A DNA stretch of 64,000 nt from a bacterium (lineage in GTDB: Bacteria > Bacillota_I > Bacilli_A > RFN20 > CAG-826): assembly GCA_963638555.1 (NCBI GenBank), contig CAVHQU010000001.1, forward strand, positions 169,309-233,308, read 5' to 3'. The notes beneath the pieces were generated by a model. That model was not told where the DNA came from, did no database searches, and worked only from the letters and a program-made list of their open reading frames with translations. Position 1 is the first letter of the stretch, and each line of letters opens with the position of its first letter. Positions 1-9,500 of this stretch are shown one piece after another. The translations under genes were made by a program, and so were the position numbers.

Positions 1-57
1 ATCAAAGACGATGCAGAATATGGTGCAGTTGCAAAGCTTACAATCACATTAAACTAA
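1..57 (+). CDS. 3' end of an unidentified upstream gene (C-terminal 18 codons ...AKLTITLN*)
   Basis: Open frame from window edge to TAA at 55-57; followed by hairpin terminator. Confidence 0.3.
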   Translation: MKDDAEYGAVAKLTITLN

Positions 58-72
58 TAATTAATGAAAATT

Positions 73-99
73 AGCTCGCTTAATCGCGAGCTTTTTTTG
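73..99 (+). terminator. Rho-independent terminator (agctcgc-ttaatc-gcgagct + T7)
   Basis: 7-bp perfect stem, 6-nt loop, followed by run of 7 T; sits just after a stop codon. Confidence 0.7.
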
Positions 100-256
100 T
101 TAACGAAAATTAGCGAGCTAATCTCTTCTTTCATCTTTTTTGATCGTTTTTCAATATTTCAATCAAATTTGATAATTCTATACCGGTAAAGTTTTATTTA
201 GTGATAAACTAAACATGTAATCATTCAAAAAGAATGAAATTATAGAGAGGTATATT

Positions 257-1402
257 ATGTCTTACAGATTCATGTTAAACGAAACTTCTTATCATGGACA
301 CGGCGCTATTGAAAACATCGTTCCTGAAGTCCAAGCAAGAGGTTTTAAAAAAGCTTTAGTTTGCTCCGATCCAGATTTAGTAAAATTCGGCGTCACAGCA
401 AAAGTTACAGATTTATTGGATAAGGCCGGCATCGCTTATAAGCTTTATTCAAACATCAAACCAAATCCAACAATTGAGAACGTCACAAGCGGTGTTGCTG
501 CATGCAAAGAAGCTGGCGCAGATTTCATTATTGCTATCGGTGGCGGTTCTTCAATGGATACTTCTAAAGCGATTGGCATCATCATGACAAATCCAGAGTT
601 TGCTGATGTTAGATCATTAGAAGGCGTTGCTCCAACAAAGAAACCATGCTTGCCAATCATTGCGGTCGCAACAACTGCTGGCACAGCTGCTGAAGTCACG
701 ATCAACTACGTTATCACCGATGTTGAAAAGAAGAGAAAATTCGTTTGCGTTGATGCACACGATATGCCTATTGTCGCCATTGTTGATCCAGATATGATGT
801 CCACAATGCCAAAAGGTTTAACGGCCGCAACAGGTATGGATGCTTTAACACATGCTATTGAAGGCTATATCACACGTGGTGCATGGACAATGTCCGATAT
901 GTTCCATCTTAAGGCCATTGAAATCATCGGAAAGTCTCTCCGCAAGGCTGTTATAAATGATCCAGATGGTCGTGAAGGAATGGCTTTAGGGCAATATATT
1001 GCTGGTATGGGTTTCTCCAACGTTGGCTTAGGCATCGACCATGCTATGGCTCATACTCTTTCGGCATATTATGACATCCCACATGGCGTTGCTTGCGCTA
1101 TGCTTCTTCCTATCGCTATGGAATTCAATGCAGACGTAACAGGCGAAAAATATAAAGATATCGCTATTGCATTAGGCGTTAAAGGGGTTGATAATATGAC
1201 TCAAGAAGAATATCGCGCTGCTGCCATTAATGCCGTTAAGCAACTTTCAAGTGATGTTGGCATTCCAACAAAATGTGAAAAGATTCTCGCTAGCGATTTA
1301 GATAGTTTGGCAACCGATGCTCTCCATGACGCTTGTTATCCGGGCAATCCAAAAGAAGCAACACATGATGAAGTCGTTGCTCTCTTCAAAAAATTAATGT
1401 AG
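257..1402 (+). CDS. Iron-containing (group III) alcohol dehydrogenase, lactaldehyde/propanediol oxidoreductase-like
   Basis: 381 aa; Fe-ADH signatures GGGSSMD, AxxTTAGTAAE, His-rich metal site (DHAMAHTL); RBS gagagg 8 nt upstream. Confidence 0.9.
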   Translation: MSYRFMLNETSYHGHGAIENIVPEVQARGFKKALVCSDPDLVKFGVTAKVTDLLDKAGIAYKLYSNIKPNPTIENVTSGVAACKEAGADFIIAIGGGSSMDTSKAIGIIMTNPEFADVRSLEGVAPTKKPCLPIIAVATTAGTAAEVTINYVITDVEKKRKFVCVDAHDMPIVAIVDPDMMSTMPKGLTAATGMDALTHAIEGYITRGAWTMSDMFHLKAIEIIGKSLRKAVINDPDGREGMALGQYIAGMGFSNVGLGIDHAMAHTLSAYYDIPHGVACAMLLPIAMEFNADVTGEKYKDIAIALGVKGVDNMTQEEYRAAAINAVKQLSSDVGIPTKCEKILASDLDSLATDALHDACYPGNPKEATHDEVVALFKKLM

Positions 1403-1488
1403 TCCATGCATAGGTGAGTATTCTCCATTTCACCTATTCATATCATACGTTTCCACCTGTCTCCTTCCTGTTTTTGAGGAAACGTATG

Positions 1489-1525
1489 AAAAAATCCATC
1501 CCTACCTTTCCGGGATGGATTTTTA
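1489..1525. terminator. Bidirectional Rho-independent terminator between convergent genes
   Basis: 13-bp perfect stem aaaaatccatccc / gggatggattttt with 9-nt loop; A-run and T-run on either side. Confidence 0.75.
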
Positions 1526-1530
1526 ATTAA

Positions 1531-3114
1531 CTACTTCTTCAATTTCTCAAATTTTTCTAAATCAGCTAACTTTAACTGAAAATTTTTAGTTTCTTCTTTT
1601 GAAAGTTTCTTAAGCCTTTCTTTTTGCTTACTAATTTCCAATAAAGATTTCTCCTTTGGATAATTAGGATTATTAAGATTGGCATTGAGAATCTTATCGG
1701 CAATCATCGCATCCTTAAGAAGATTGTTGTCATTCTTCGGCTCGGGCTTCTTTAAAGAGATACCTTTGTCCATTGGTTTAGATTCAGGTTTCTTTCTCTT
1801 GCTTTCGCCAACAACAAGAATAATACCTTCAGGAATGGCAGAAGATGATCCGCCAGAAACAGATCCTTTAACCTTAACAACTTTGATCTTCTTTTTGGAT
1901 AGATCATCGTCTTTTTTAGTTACACGGGTCTCTTTCTTTTGGTTTTGAGGTTGAACTTTCTTCTTTTCAAGAAGTGGTTTATTCTCCATCTTAGGCTGTT
2001 TCGTTTTAGGCTTATCTTCTTTTTTAGCGATTGATACAGTGTATTCCTTATCTTTGTTGAAGACGTATACCTTATCGCCTTTTTTAAAAGTGAAACTATT
2101 GCCTTTAGCACCCAAGACATCAACTGCAGTTAAATCGTCATGCGTTAAGTCTAATTCACCATGAATATCAGCAAAATAGGATACAGATGGGTCTCTGACA
2201 ATCGTGTGATAATTAAGTGCAAGACGTTTTAGAGCCTCGCTAGGAAGTTTCCCTTGTCCGAGTGGAAGATTGTCTTCTTTAACTGGGTTTTCTTTTTTAT
2301 CAGCCTTTTTAGACGCGGATATGAGGCTTTCTTTAGTGTTAATAAGCATCTCTTTGCTGAAATGAAGATTGATATTCTTAGATTGATCCCCTGCTTTTTT
2401 CAATCTAGATAATTGGTCATCAATGTCTCTGAGTTTGAGTTTAAGCTTATAGTTTTGATTGGTTAGGTTCTTGCTTAATTTCTCATCCTCTTGAATTAAT
2501 GTTTTTTGAAGTTTTGTTAATTGGATTGGTTTTTTGTTGTCTTTTTCTTCTTTCTGAAAAGACGAAGCGTCACGTTTCTTGTTGAAAGGTGCTTTAGGTC
2601 CATTTTCCCCTGGATTCTTTTCTAATTCAGAATCTTGATTGATGCGATACACGTTAAGGTATCTCCCCTTTTGTGAATCAAGATTGTTCATCTTCAATAA
2701 ATCTGTCGTTAATGTTTTGTCTTGGGTGATAACTAACAATTTATTGTGAATTCTAAGACCTGACACTCTGGTGTAAATTGCATTGTCTGCAAACGATTCC
2801 CCTAACGTTTTAGTAATTGTTAATGCATGGGTGTGCCATTTATCGTGGCGAATGATTTTTAAGGCTCTTGCGGCAGCGAGTCTAGACGAAGCACGTTCTT
2901 TACTTTTCTCTTTGGCGTGTTTCTTTAACTCATCAAGGCATTCACCAAGAACAATTACTTGCAATTCTTCTCTCCAATATTCTTTTGAGGATACCAATTT
3001 ATCCATGAATAATGGGAAGGTGTCTTCCATCAAGGAACATGTGTCCACGAAGACGTAGTCGTATTCATTTAAGAATTTCGCTAAGCTCGAGGATTCTAAT
3101 TCCTCTTGATACAT
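1531..3114 (-). CDS. Hypothetical protein: N-terminal PIN-like domain, central coiled coil, Lys-rich low-complexity C-terminal region
   Basis: 527 aa; N-term 'YVFVDTCSL' resembles the PIN-domain acidic motif; very K/E-rich repeats; no specific family recognised. Confidence 0.5.
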   Translation of the reverse strand: MYQEELESSSLAKFLNEYDYVFVDTCSLMEDTFPLFMDKLVSSKEYWREELQVIVLGECLDELKKHAKEKSKERASSRLAAARALKIIRHDKWHTHALTITKTLGESFADNAIYTRVSGLRIHNKLLVITQDKTLTTDLLKMNNLDSQKGRYLNVYRINQDSELEKNPGENGPKAPFNKKRDASSFQKEEKDNKKPIQLTKLQKTLIQEDEKLSKNLTNQNYKLKLKLRDIDDQLSRLKKAGDQSKNINLHFSKEMLINTKESLISASKKADKKENPVKEDNLPLGQGKLPSEALKRLALNYHTIVRDPSVSYFADIHGELDLTHDDLTAVDVLGAKGNSFTFKKGDKVYVFNKDKEYTVSIAKKEDKPKTKQPKMENKPLLEKKKVQPQNQKKETRVTKKDDDLSKKKIKVVKVKGSVSGGSSSAIPEGIILVVGESKRKKPESKPMDKGISLKKPEPKNDNNLLKDAMIADKILNANLNNPNYPKEKSLLEISKQKERLKKLSKEETKNFQLKLADLEKFEKLKK

Positions 3115-3281
3115 ATGTAGATATATTTACCTCCTTACAATATGATTGTAACTTAAAAAATGTCAAAAGCCAAAATTATGTTAATTGTCATATGAAAATG
3201 AGCAAGTTTTACAATCAATGTAAGTCCTTAAACGAGAAACAATGCAAGAGAGGTTTTTTTGCTATAAAATAATCCACGTAG

Positions 3282-3893
3282 ATGAAAGACTTATCTAAAA
3301 CCGTATCAAAAAATTTATCATTGCTTAGAAAAGCTAGAGGGTTAACTCAAGGCCAGTTAGCTGAAAAATTTTCATATTCCGATAAATCGATATCAAAATG
3401 GGAGACGGGCGAAGGCCTGCCAGATATCAACATTCTTTCAGAATTAGCATCTTTCTATGGTGTTACGCTTGACTACCTAATTCAAGAGCATTCAGAAGAA
3501 ATGCTTGAACATGATGGGAAAGTCGACCCAAGAGATATTAGGAGAAACAAAATCATTGTTGTTGCCTTGTCCGTAGTCTTTGTTTGGACTATTGCAGCTG
3601 TAATATATTCCGCTTTAAGAATGGCGAAGATTGATACATGGTCCCCATGGTTGATATATATCTGGGCTGTTCCTGCATCGTTTATTGTTACGCTTTACTT
3701 TGGAAAGAAATGGGGGAGGAAAGAACACATCCTCATTGGCTTAATCTGCTTGTATTGGACATTTGCCTTTGCCTTGTATATAGAACTTGGCATGGATATT
3801 ACAATTGGGTGGAATTTATGGTTCATCGGTCTAATACCTATACCAGCAACCGTAGGAACAGTCTTCTTTGCTCTTTCAACATCTAAAGATTAA
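3282..3893 (+). CDS. XRE-family helix-turn-helix transcriptional regulator with C-terminal transmembrane segments
   Basis: N-term 'LRKARGLTQGQLAEKFSYSDKSISKWETGEGLPDINILSELASFYGVTLDYL' is a classic Cro/C1 HTH; 3-4 hydrophobic helices follow. Confidence 0.85.
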   Translation: MKDLSKTVSKNLSLLRKARGLTQGQLAEKFSYSDKSISKWETGEGLPDINILSELASFYGVTLDYLIQEHSEEMLEHDGKVDPRDIRRNKIIVVALSVVFVWTIAAVIYSALRMAKIDTWSPWLIYIWAVPASFIVTLYFGKKWGRKEHILIGLICLYWTFAFALYIELGMDITIGWNLWFIGLIPIPATVGTVFFALSTSKD

Positions 3894-3957
3894 TGCGCTA
3901 TCCTTGTATCTAGTGCATTATTTTTCTAAAATATCAAATAGTTTAGAGAGGTTGCTT

Positions 3958-4632
3958 ATGGATTCAATTCGTGTAATAAAGGTAAAACAAAGCGTATTTG
4001 CAAATAATAATGCAAGAGCCGCTGAAGTTAGAAAGAAGCTCAAAGAGAAAAATGTCTATCTTGTTAATTTAATGTCCTCTCCAGGAAGCGGAAAAACCAC
4101 ATTCTTGGTTGCCCTTATTAACAAATTGAAGAATGATCTTAGAATTGGCGTTATGGAAGCAGATATTGATGCTACAGTCGACGCAGAAACGATTTCAAAT
4201 AAGACAGGGGTCAAGTCAATTCAGATCCATACCTCAGGAGAATGTCATCTTGATGCTAAGATGGTCGATGACTCATTAGATGGATTTGGCGTTGATGATT
4301 TAGATTTGGTCTTCCTAGAAAACATTGGAAACCTTGTTTGTCCAGCTGAATTTGATACAGGGGCATCCTCTTCTTTCGAGTTGTTATCAATTCCTGAAGG
4401 CGATGATAAGCCTTTAAAATATCCACTTATGTTTACAGTGGCAAATGTTGTTATCTTTACTAAGATGGACGCAATCTCTGTTTTTGATTTTGATATTCAA
4501 AAAGCCGAAGAACGTATCCTTAAATTGAATCCAAACACTAAGTTCTTCCCCGTTTCTGCCAAAACTGGCCAAGGCATTGATGAATTGGCCGCTTATCTTC
4601 TTAAAGAAGTCAAAACTTATCAGGCAAAATAA
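3958..4632 (+). CDS. hypB: HypB-type G3E-family nickel-binding GTPase (hydrogenase/Ni-enzyme maturation factor-like)
   Basis: P-loop 'NLMSSPGSGKTTFL', 'SGECHLDA' (Cys-His) and 'ENIGNLVCPAEFD' (Cys) Ni-site motifs as in HypB; start moved to ATG 3958 (RBS agagagg) rather than the 3868 ORF-track start. Confidence 0.8.
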   Translation: MDSIRVIKVKQSVFANNNARAAEVRKKLKEKNVYLVNLMSSPGSGKTTFLVALINKLKNDLRIGVMEADIDATVDAETISNKTGVKSIQIHTSGECHLDAKMVDDSLDGFGVDDLDLVFLENIGNLVCPAEFDTGASSSFELLSIPEGDDKPLKYPLMFTVANVVIFTKMDAISVFDFDIQKAEERILKLNPNTKFFPVSAKTGQGIDELAAYLLKEVKTYQAK

Positions 4633-4674
4633 CTACACACAAAAACTATATTTTCAATATATCTATGGATACGT

Positions 4675-5448
4675 TTGGAGGCAAGCATGAACGCAGGTAA
4701 AAAAGCAGTCATATTTGTCGTTTCCTATTTAGGCGTCACAATTGTCGGAGGTCTTGTAATTTTTGGGTTATTCTTTAAGGCAATAGTTAATGATGTTTAC
4801 TCCAATAGATACCAAGAAACTAACTTTTCTCCATATACAAAATGGGTAAATGCTGATTATTCAACGAGAATATACTGCATGAATTGCAAATACGGTGAAT
4901 ATGGCTATACAACAATTAATGGTCAAGAGGAATTTTTTTGCTGGACGACATGTACTGGTTACAACAATACTTGCAAAAACGATAATATGGTCTTTTATTT
5001 CCCTGAACGCGATGAATCCATAAGGATGGTTGAAACGGTAAACGCTTCAAAAAATGATGAACTAACTCTCAAGCCTTATAGAGTCGATACAATAATTTCA
5101 AATAATTGGTCAGAAAAATTTTCTAAAGCAGAGTTTAACAGTGAAGATATCGATATGCGTTATTCTTTTTTGACAAAAATATACAGTCCTGAGTTAGATC
5201 TTAAATTCAAAATAAACTACTCTGAAGAAAAAAATGATGGTGGTTATAAGATGCATGCATATTTCAACAACGAATTGATAGAAGCGGCTTTTACCGACAA
5301 AACTCATATAAAATTGACCATTAACGATTCTATTAGCGAAGGATCATGGTCATTTGCGAAAGAAAACTATTATTTAAAATTTACTAAAGATGAGTTATTT
5401 GGTAAAGAAGGTGAGACGCTCACGTTCAAAACCAAAGTTGAGTATTAA
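4675..5448 (+). CDS. Hypothetical membrane-anchored Cys-rich protein
   Basis: N-terminal TM helix; Cys-rich stretch CMNCKYGEYGYTTINGQEEFFCWTTCTGYNNTCKN; no family recognised. Confidence 0.5.
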   Translation: MEASMNAGKKAVIFVVSYLGVTIVGGLVIFGLFFKAIVNDVYSNRYQETNFSPYTKWVNADYSTRIYCMNCKYGEYGYTTINGQEEFFCWTTCTGYNNTCKNDNMVFYFPERDESIRMVETVNASKNDELTLKPYRVDTIISNNWSEKFSKAEFNSEDIDMRYSFLTKIYSPELDLKFKINYSEEKNDGGYKMHAYFNNELIEAAFTDKTHIKLTINDSISEGSWSFAKENYYLKFTKDELFGKEGETLTFKTKVEY

Positions 5449-5481
5449 AAATGGTTAGCGATTATGCTAACCATTTTCCTT

Positions 5482-7599
5482 TTATTTTTCTACGACTATT
5501 TGTCCATCTTTTACGTCAACTGTGAACTTGTTTTTCGTATCAATCTCACCTTTGATGATTGCAGTAGCAAGTACAGTCTCAATTTTGTCTTGGATGAATC
5601 TCTTGATTGGTCTAGCACCGAAATTTGGTGAATAGGATGAATCAAGGACATATTTTCTAAGATTGTCAGTAAATTCGACGGAGTAGAATTGATTTTCAAG
5701 TCTTTCCTTGAGTTCGTTCAACATTTTATCAACGATCTTTAGTTGGACATCCTTATTTAACGGATTGAAATATACTATCTCATCAATACGGTTAAGGAAT
5801 TCAGGCTTAAATGTATGATGGAGCAAATCTTCAACCTTCGAGTTCTCTCCGTTAAGGATATATTCGCTGCCCAAATTGGATGTCATGATAATGATTGTAT
5901 TCTTGAAATCAACTAAGTGGCCTTGAGAATCAGTTAAACGACCATCATCAAGTATTTGCAAGAGAAGATTGAATACTTCAGGGTCAGCTTTTTCAATCTC
6001 ATCAAAGAGAACGATTGAATATGGATTCCTACGCACCTTTTCAGTAAGCTGTCCTCCTTCTTCATAGCCAACATAGCCGGGAGCTGCACCAATTAAACGT
6101 GATACAGAATATTTTTCCATATATTCAGACATATCAATACGGATAATGTTGTTTTCGTTATCGAAAAGGGCTTCCGCCAATGCTTTCGCTACTTCAGTTT
6201 TACCAACACCGGTAGGGCCTAAGAACATGAAGGACCCGATAGGTCTATTAGGATTTTGAATACCAGCTCTTTGACGAAGAATAGCGTTAGATACTAATTG
6301 AATGGCATTGTCTTGTCCAATGACTCTCTTTTGAAGGGTTTCCTTTAAATCAAGGACCTTCTCTTTATCTCCTTTAGAAATTCTTGATACAGGTATGCCT
6401 GTTCTTTTTGCAACAATCTTTGCAATGGATTCAGAATCAACTATTTCATCAACAAGTCTTTCCGTATCGTTGGTAGATTCGGTTATCTCTTTGATGCGTT
6501 TCTCATATTCAGGAATTGTTTGATACTGAAGTTTTGAAGCCTTTTCGAAGTTCCCTTCTTGGAAATAGTTGGCAAGTTCTACTTTTGCTTCTTCTATCTT
6601 GTTTTTAAGATCTTTTGCTTCTTTGATTTGGGCTTTCTCTTTTTGCCATTCAGCAGTTAATTTACTAGATTTATCTTTGTATTCAGAAAGTTCTTTATCA
6701 AGCTCAACTAAACGTTTCTTTGAAGAATCGTCATTTTCTTTCGTAAGCGCTACACGTTCGACCTCTAATGAGCGAATCTTACGGTTTGTTTCATCAAGTT
6801 CAGTTGGCATTGATTCAATTTCAACCTTGATTCCTGCGCACGCTTCATCAATCAAATCGATTGCCTTATCTGGCAAGAAACGATTAGTGATGTATCTATT
6901 AGATAATGTCGCAGCAGAAATGAGTGCATTATCAGTGATTCTAACGCCATGGTACGACTCAAATCTCTCTTTTAAACCACGAAGAATCGTTATTGTGTCT
7001 TCAACTGTTGGCTCTTCGATCATTACAGTTTGGAAACGTCTTTCAAGAGCGCGGTCTTTTTCAATGTATTGTCTATATTCGTTTAATGTTGTCGCACCGA
7101 TGCAGTCTATTTCACCACGAGCAAGCATCGGTTTAAGCATATTTGAAGCATCCATTGCGCCATCTGTTCTGCCTGCGCCAACGATTAAGTGAATCTCATC
7201 AATGAAAAGGACTATCTTGCCATCTGATTGTTTGATTTTATTCAGGACAGCCTTCAAACGCTCCTCAAATTCACCACGATATTTAGCGCCCGCAATAAGA
7301 GCACCCATATCAAGTTCATATATTTCTTTGTCTTTTAATGTAGCAGGGACATCGTTTTTGACGATTCTTTCCGCAAGCCCTTCTACTATTGCTGTTTTGC
7401 CAACGCCTGGTTCGCCAAGCAAGATAACGTTGTTCTTTGTCTTTCTTGCTAATATTTGTATGACCTTGCGAATTTCTTCATCACGGCCAATAACTGGATC
7501 TATTTTCCCGTTTTTTACATCCGCATTAACGTTGCGGCCAAATTTATCAAGGATGTTTTCATCTTGGGAATAGTCTTCCATTCCATTCATTTCATTCAT
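5482..7599 (-). CDS. clpB: ATP-dependent chaperone ClpB (form lacking N-terminal domain)
   Basis: 705 aa; two AAA+ modules ([16 protein letters not shown]) separated by a long coiled-coil M-domain; begins directly at NBD1 as in Mollicutes ClpB; RBS aggagg. Confidence 0.95.
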   Translation of the reverse strand: MNEMNGMEDYSQDENILDKFGRNVNADVKNGKIDPVIGRDEEIRKVIQILARKTKNNVILLGEPGVGKTAIVEGLAERIVKNDVPATLKDKEIYELDMGALIAGAKYRGEFEERLKAVLNKIKQSDGKIVLFIDEIHLIVGAGRTDGAMDASNMLKPMLARGEIDCIGATTLNEYRQYIEKDRALERRFQTVMIEEPTVEDTITILRGLKERFESYHGVRITDNALISAATLSNRYITNRFLPDKAIDLIDEACAGIKVEIESMPTELDETNRKIRSLEVERVALTKENDDSSKKRLVELDKELSEYKDKSSKLTAEWQKEKAQIKEAKDLKNKIEEAKVELANYFQEGNFEKASKLQYQTIPEYEKRIKEITESTNDTERLVDEIVDSESIAKIVAKRTGIPVSRISKGDKEKVLDLKETLQKRVIGQDNAIQLVSNAILRQRAGIQNPNRPIGSFMFLGPTGVGKTEVAKALAEALFDNENNIIRIDMSEYMEKYSVSRLIGAAPGYVGYEEGGQLTEKVRRNPYSIVLFDEIEKADPEVFNLLLQILDDGRLTDSQGHLVDFKNTIIIMTSNLGSEYILNGENSKVEDLLHHTFKPEFLNRIDEIVYFNPLNKDVQLKIVDKMLNELKERLENQFYSVEFTDNLRKYVLDSSYSPNFGARPIKRFIQDKIETVLATAIIKGEIDTKNKFTVDVKDGQIVVEK

Positions 7600-7659
7600 A
7601 ATTTAAAACCTCCTATTTTCAATTCCTTTAGCAGGAACACCATTATTATACTCATTCTT

Positions 7660-7686
7660 TTAGCACTCGCAAGTCTTGAGTGCTAA
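7660..7686. promoter_or_regulatory. CIRCE operator (HrcA binding site) TTAGCACTC-N9-GAGTGCTAA upstream of clpB
   Basis: Perfect match to CIRCE consensus; a TATAAT -10 lies immediately downstream on the minus strand, then AGGAGG and the clpB ATG. Confidence 0.85.
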
Positions 7687-7815
7687 TTCTTGCTAAATAA
7701 TATTTCCTATCTTTAGATAGAAATTTGCTGAATAAGTAATTTATTACTTGTTTTTTTCGACATATATCGCTTTAATATTAGCGGACTGTATAGGTTTGAA
7801 AGTCGAATTGTATTT

Positions 7816-8409
7816 ATGGAAAAGAAATTAATTATCGTCAGCGCACCGCCAGCAAGCGGCAAAACATATGTATCAAAGAAATTAGCCGAATCATTGGAAC
7901 ATGTTACATATTTAGATAAAGATAGCTTAGTTCCTCTTAGCAATGTTGCATATAAGATTGCAGGTCTTCCAGTTGAAAGAGAAGGCGAATTCTTTAAAAA
8001 GAACATTCGTGATGTTGAATATGATGTCATCCTAGAGATGGCTTTTACCGCTTTGCATTATGAAGATATCGTTTTAATTAACGCTCCATTCACAAAAGAA
8101 ATACATCACCCAGAGTATATTGAAACATTAAGAAAGAAACTCGCAGAGCAATACAACGCTCACTTAGTCATTGTCTGGGTTGTTTGCGATATTAAAACGG
8201 TTAAAGCAAGAATGATCGCAAGAAACTCGGATAGAGACGTTTTCAAGATTAAGAATTTTGATTCATGGGTTAAGACGCAAGATTTCAACATTCCGACATA
8301 TCTCAAAGTTGAAAATGATCCATATTCATTAGTTATATTTGATAACTCCAATGATGAAGTATTTGCTAAATCGATGAAAGATACTGTTGCATTGCTTGAA
8401 GAGAAATAA
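7816..8409 (+). CDS. P-loop NTPase / putative small-molecule or nucleotide kinase (AAA_33/zeta-toxin-like fold)
   Basis: Walker A 'VSAPPASGKTYV'; ~200 aa single-domain kinase-like protein. Confidence 0.6.
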   Translation: MEKKLIIVSAPPASGKTYVSKKLAESLEHVTYLDKDSLVPLSNVAYKIAGLPVEREGEFFKKNIRDVEYDVILEMAFTALHYEDIVLINAPFTKEIHHPEYIETLRKKLAEQYNAHLVIVWVVCDIKTVKARMIARNSDRDVFKIKNFDSWVKTQDFNIPTYLKVENDPYSLVIFDNSNDEVFAKSMKDTVALLEEK

Positions 8410-8419
8410 GTTTCCATTG

Positions 8420-8445
8420 GCATCACGTTGTGATGCTTTTTCTTT
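8420..8445 (+). terminator. Rho-independent terminator (gcatcac-gttg-tgatgc-TTTTT)
   Basis: Hairpin + T-run directly after stop of 7816..8409. Confidence 0.6.
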
Positions 8446-8538
8446 AATTCATGGGGTGCGTGTGTTAATCTTTGCAAAAAAATAGAAAAATAAAAACTGC
8501 ATTGGTTTAACCACAATGCAGCTTTCAACGAATTGAAT

Positions 8539-9489
8539 TTAATCAATAAACAATGCGGCTGCGCCTAAGATACCAGCGTCATTTCCTAAAGTAGAAACGA
8601 ACACTTTAACTGGAGCGGTACATTCAAAGCCGTATTTCTTTTCTTTGAGTTTCTTCTCAATAGCGTTTGTAAGATATTCTCTTTGATTCGAGAGACCACC
8701 GCCTAGAACAATCGCATCAGGTCTAAATATGTTGCAATAATTTAAGCATCCAACTGTTAGATAATCTTCATATTGATCAACTACCTTTAATGCAGTCTTA
8801 TCGCCTTGTTTAGAACATTCGAATGCAGTTTTTCCATCAACCTTTGAAAGATCATACGCGACATAATCCCACATAGCGGAATTCTTGTCATTTTCCATTG
8901 CTTCTTTTGTTTGGCGAATAAGAGCCGTAACTGAGGCGTATGCTTCGAAGCAGCCTTTAAGGCCGCAAGAGCATTGAACTCCATTCATGGCAATTATCAT
9001 ATGGCCCATCTCGCCGCCCTTGCCTTCATTACCCACATAAAGATGGTCATTGAGATAGATTCCTCCACCAACGCCTGTGCCTAATGTCAATAAAACGAGG
9101 TTGTGGTAATTCTTTCCAACGCCAAATTTAGCTTCACCAGCCATAGCAGCATTTGCATCATTGGCAATTCTTGCCTTCATACCTGTCTTCTTTTCAACAA
9201 TATCCACAATCGGAAGATGATGCCAATTAAGGTTTCCTGAGAAATCACAGCATCCCGTATCAGAGTTAATGGATCCTGGCGAGCCAATACCGATTCCAGC
9301 AAAATCAGATTTTTTGAAATCACATTTAAAGATCTGCTCATTGATTAAATCACCTAAACGATTAATAAGTTCTTCTTGTGTTGCACTCTTATCAATTGGG
9401 AAGCCAAAACGATTAAGGATTTCTCCTTTCTCGGAAACGAATCCACCTTTAATGGAAGTTCCACCGATATCAATTCCTACGTATTTCAT
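8539..9489 (-). CDS. glcK: ROK-family glucokinase
   Basis: N-term 'VGIDIGGTSIKGG'; ROK zinc motif 'CSCGLKGCFEAYAS'. Confidence 0.9.
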   Translation of the reverse strand: MKYVGIDIGGTSIKGGFVSEKGEILNRFGFPIDKSATQEELINRLGDLINEQIFKCDFKKSDFAGIGIGSPGSINSDTGCCDFSGNLNWHHLPIVDIVEKKTGMKARIANDANAAMAGEAKFGVGKNYHNLVLLTLGTGVGGGIYLNDHLYVGNEGKGGEMGHMIIAMNGVQCSCGLKGCFEAYASVTALIRQTKEAMENDKNSAMWDYVAYDLSKVDGKTAFECSKQGDKTALKVVDQYEDYLTVGCLNYCNIFRPDAIVLGGGLSNQREYLTNAIEKKLKEKKYGFECTAPVKVFVSTLGNDAGILGAAALFID

Positions 9490-9500
9490 TGTTTTCTCCT

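Noticed and set aside
1679-3272. Multiple plus-strand ORFs (1679..1948, 2783..3058, 3012..3272) and 1920..2123 minus
   Set aside because: They lie antisense or out-of-frame within the Lys-rich 1531..3114 gene, whose repetitive aaa/gaa codons generate long spurious frames. They have no RBS or homology.
3868-3957. ORF-track start for the HypB-like gene at 3868 (adds 30 aa 'MLFQHLKINALSLYLV...')
   Set aside because: The extension overlaps the XRE gene's 3' end, has no RBS, and is not part of HypB homology. ATG 3958 has a spaced AGAGAGG RBS and matches the HypB N-terminus.
6569-7686. Plus-strand ORFs inside or overlapping clpB (6569..7192, 7202..7573, 7456..7686)
   Set aside because: Antisense to a highly conserved, confidently identified clpB; Ser/Leu-rich composition typical of antisense artefacts.
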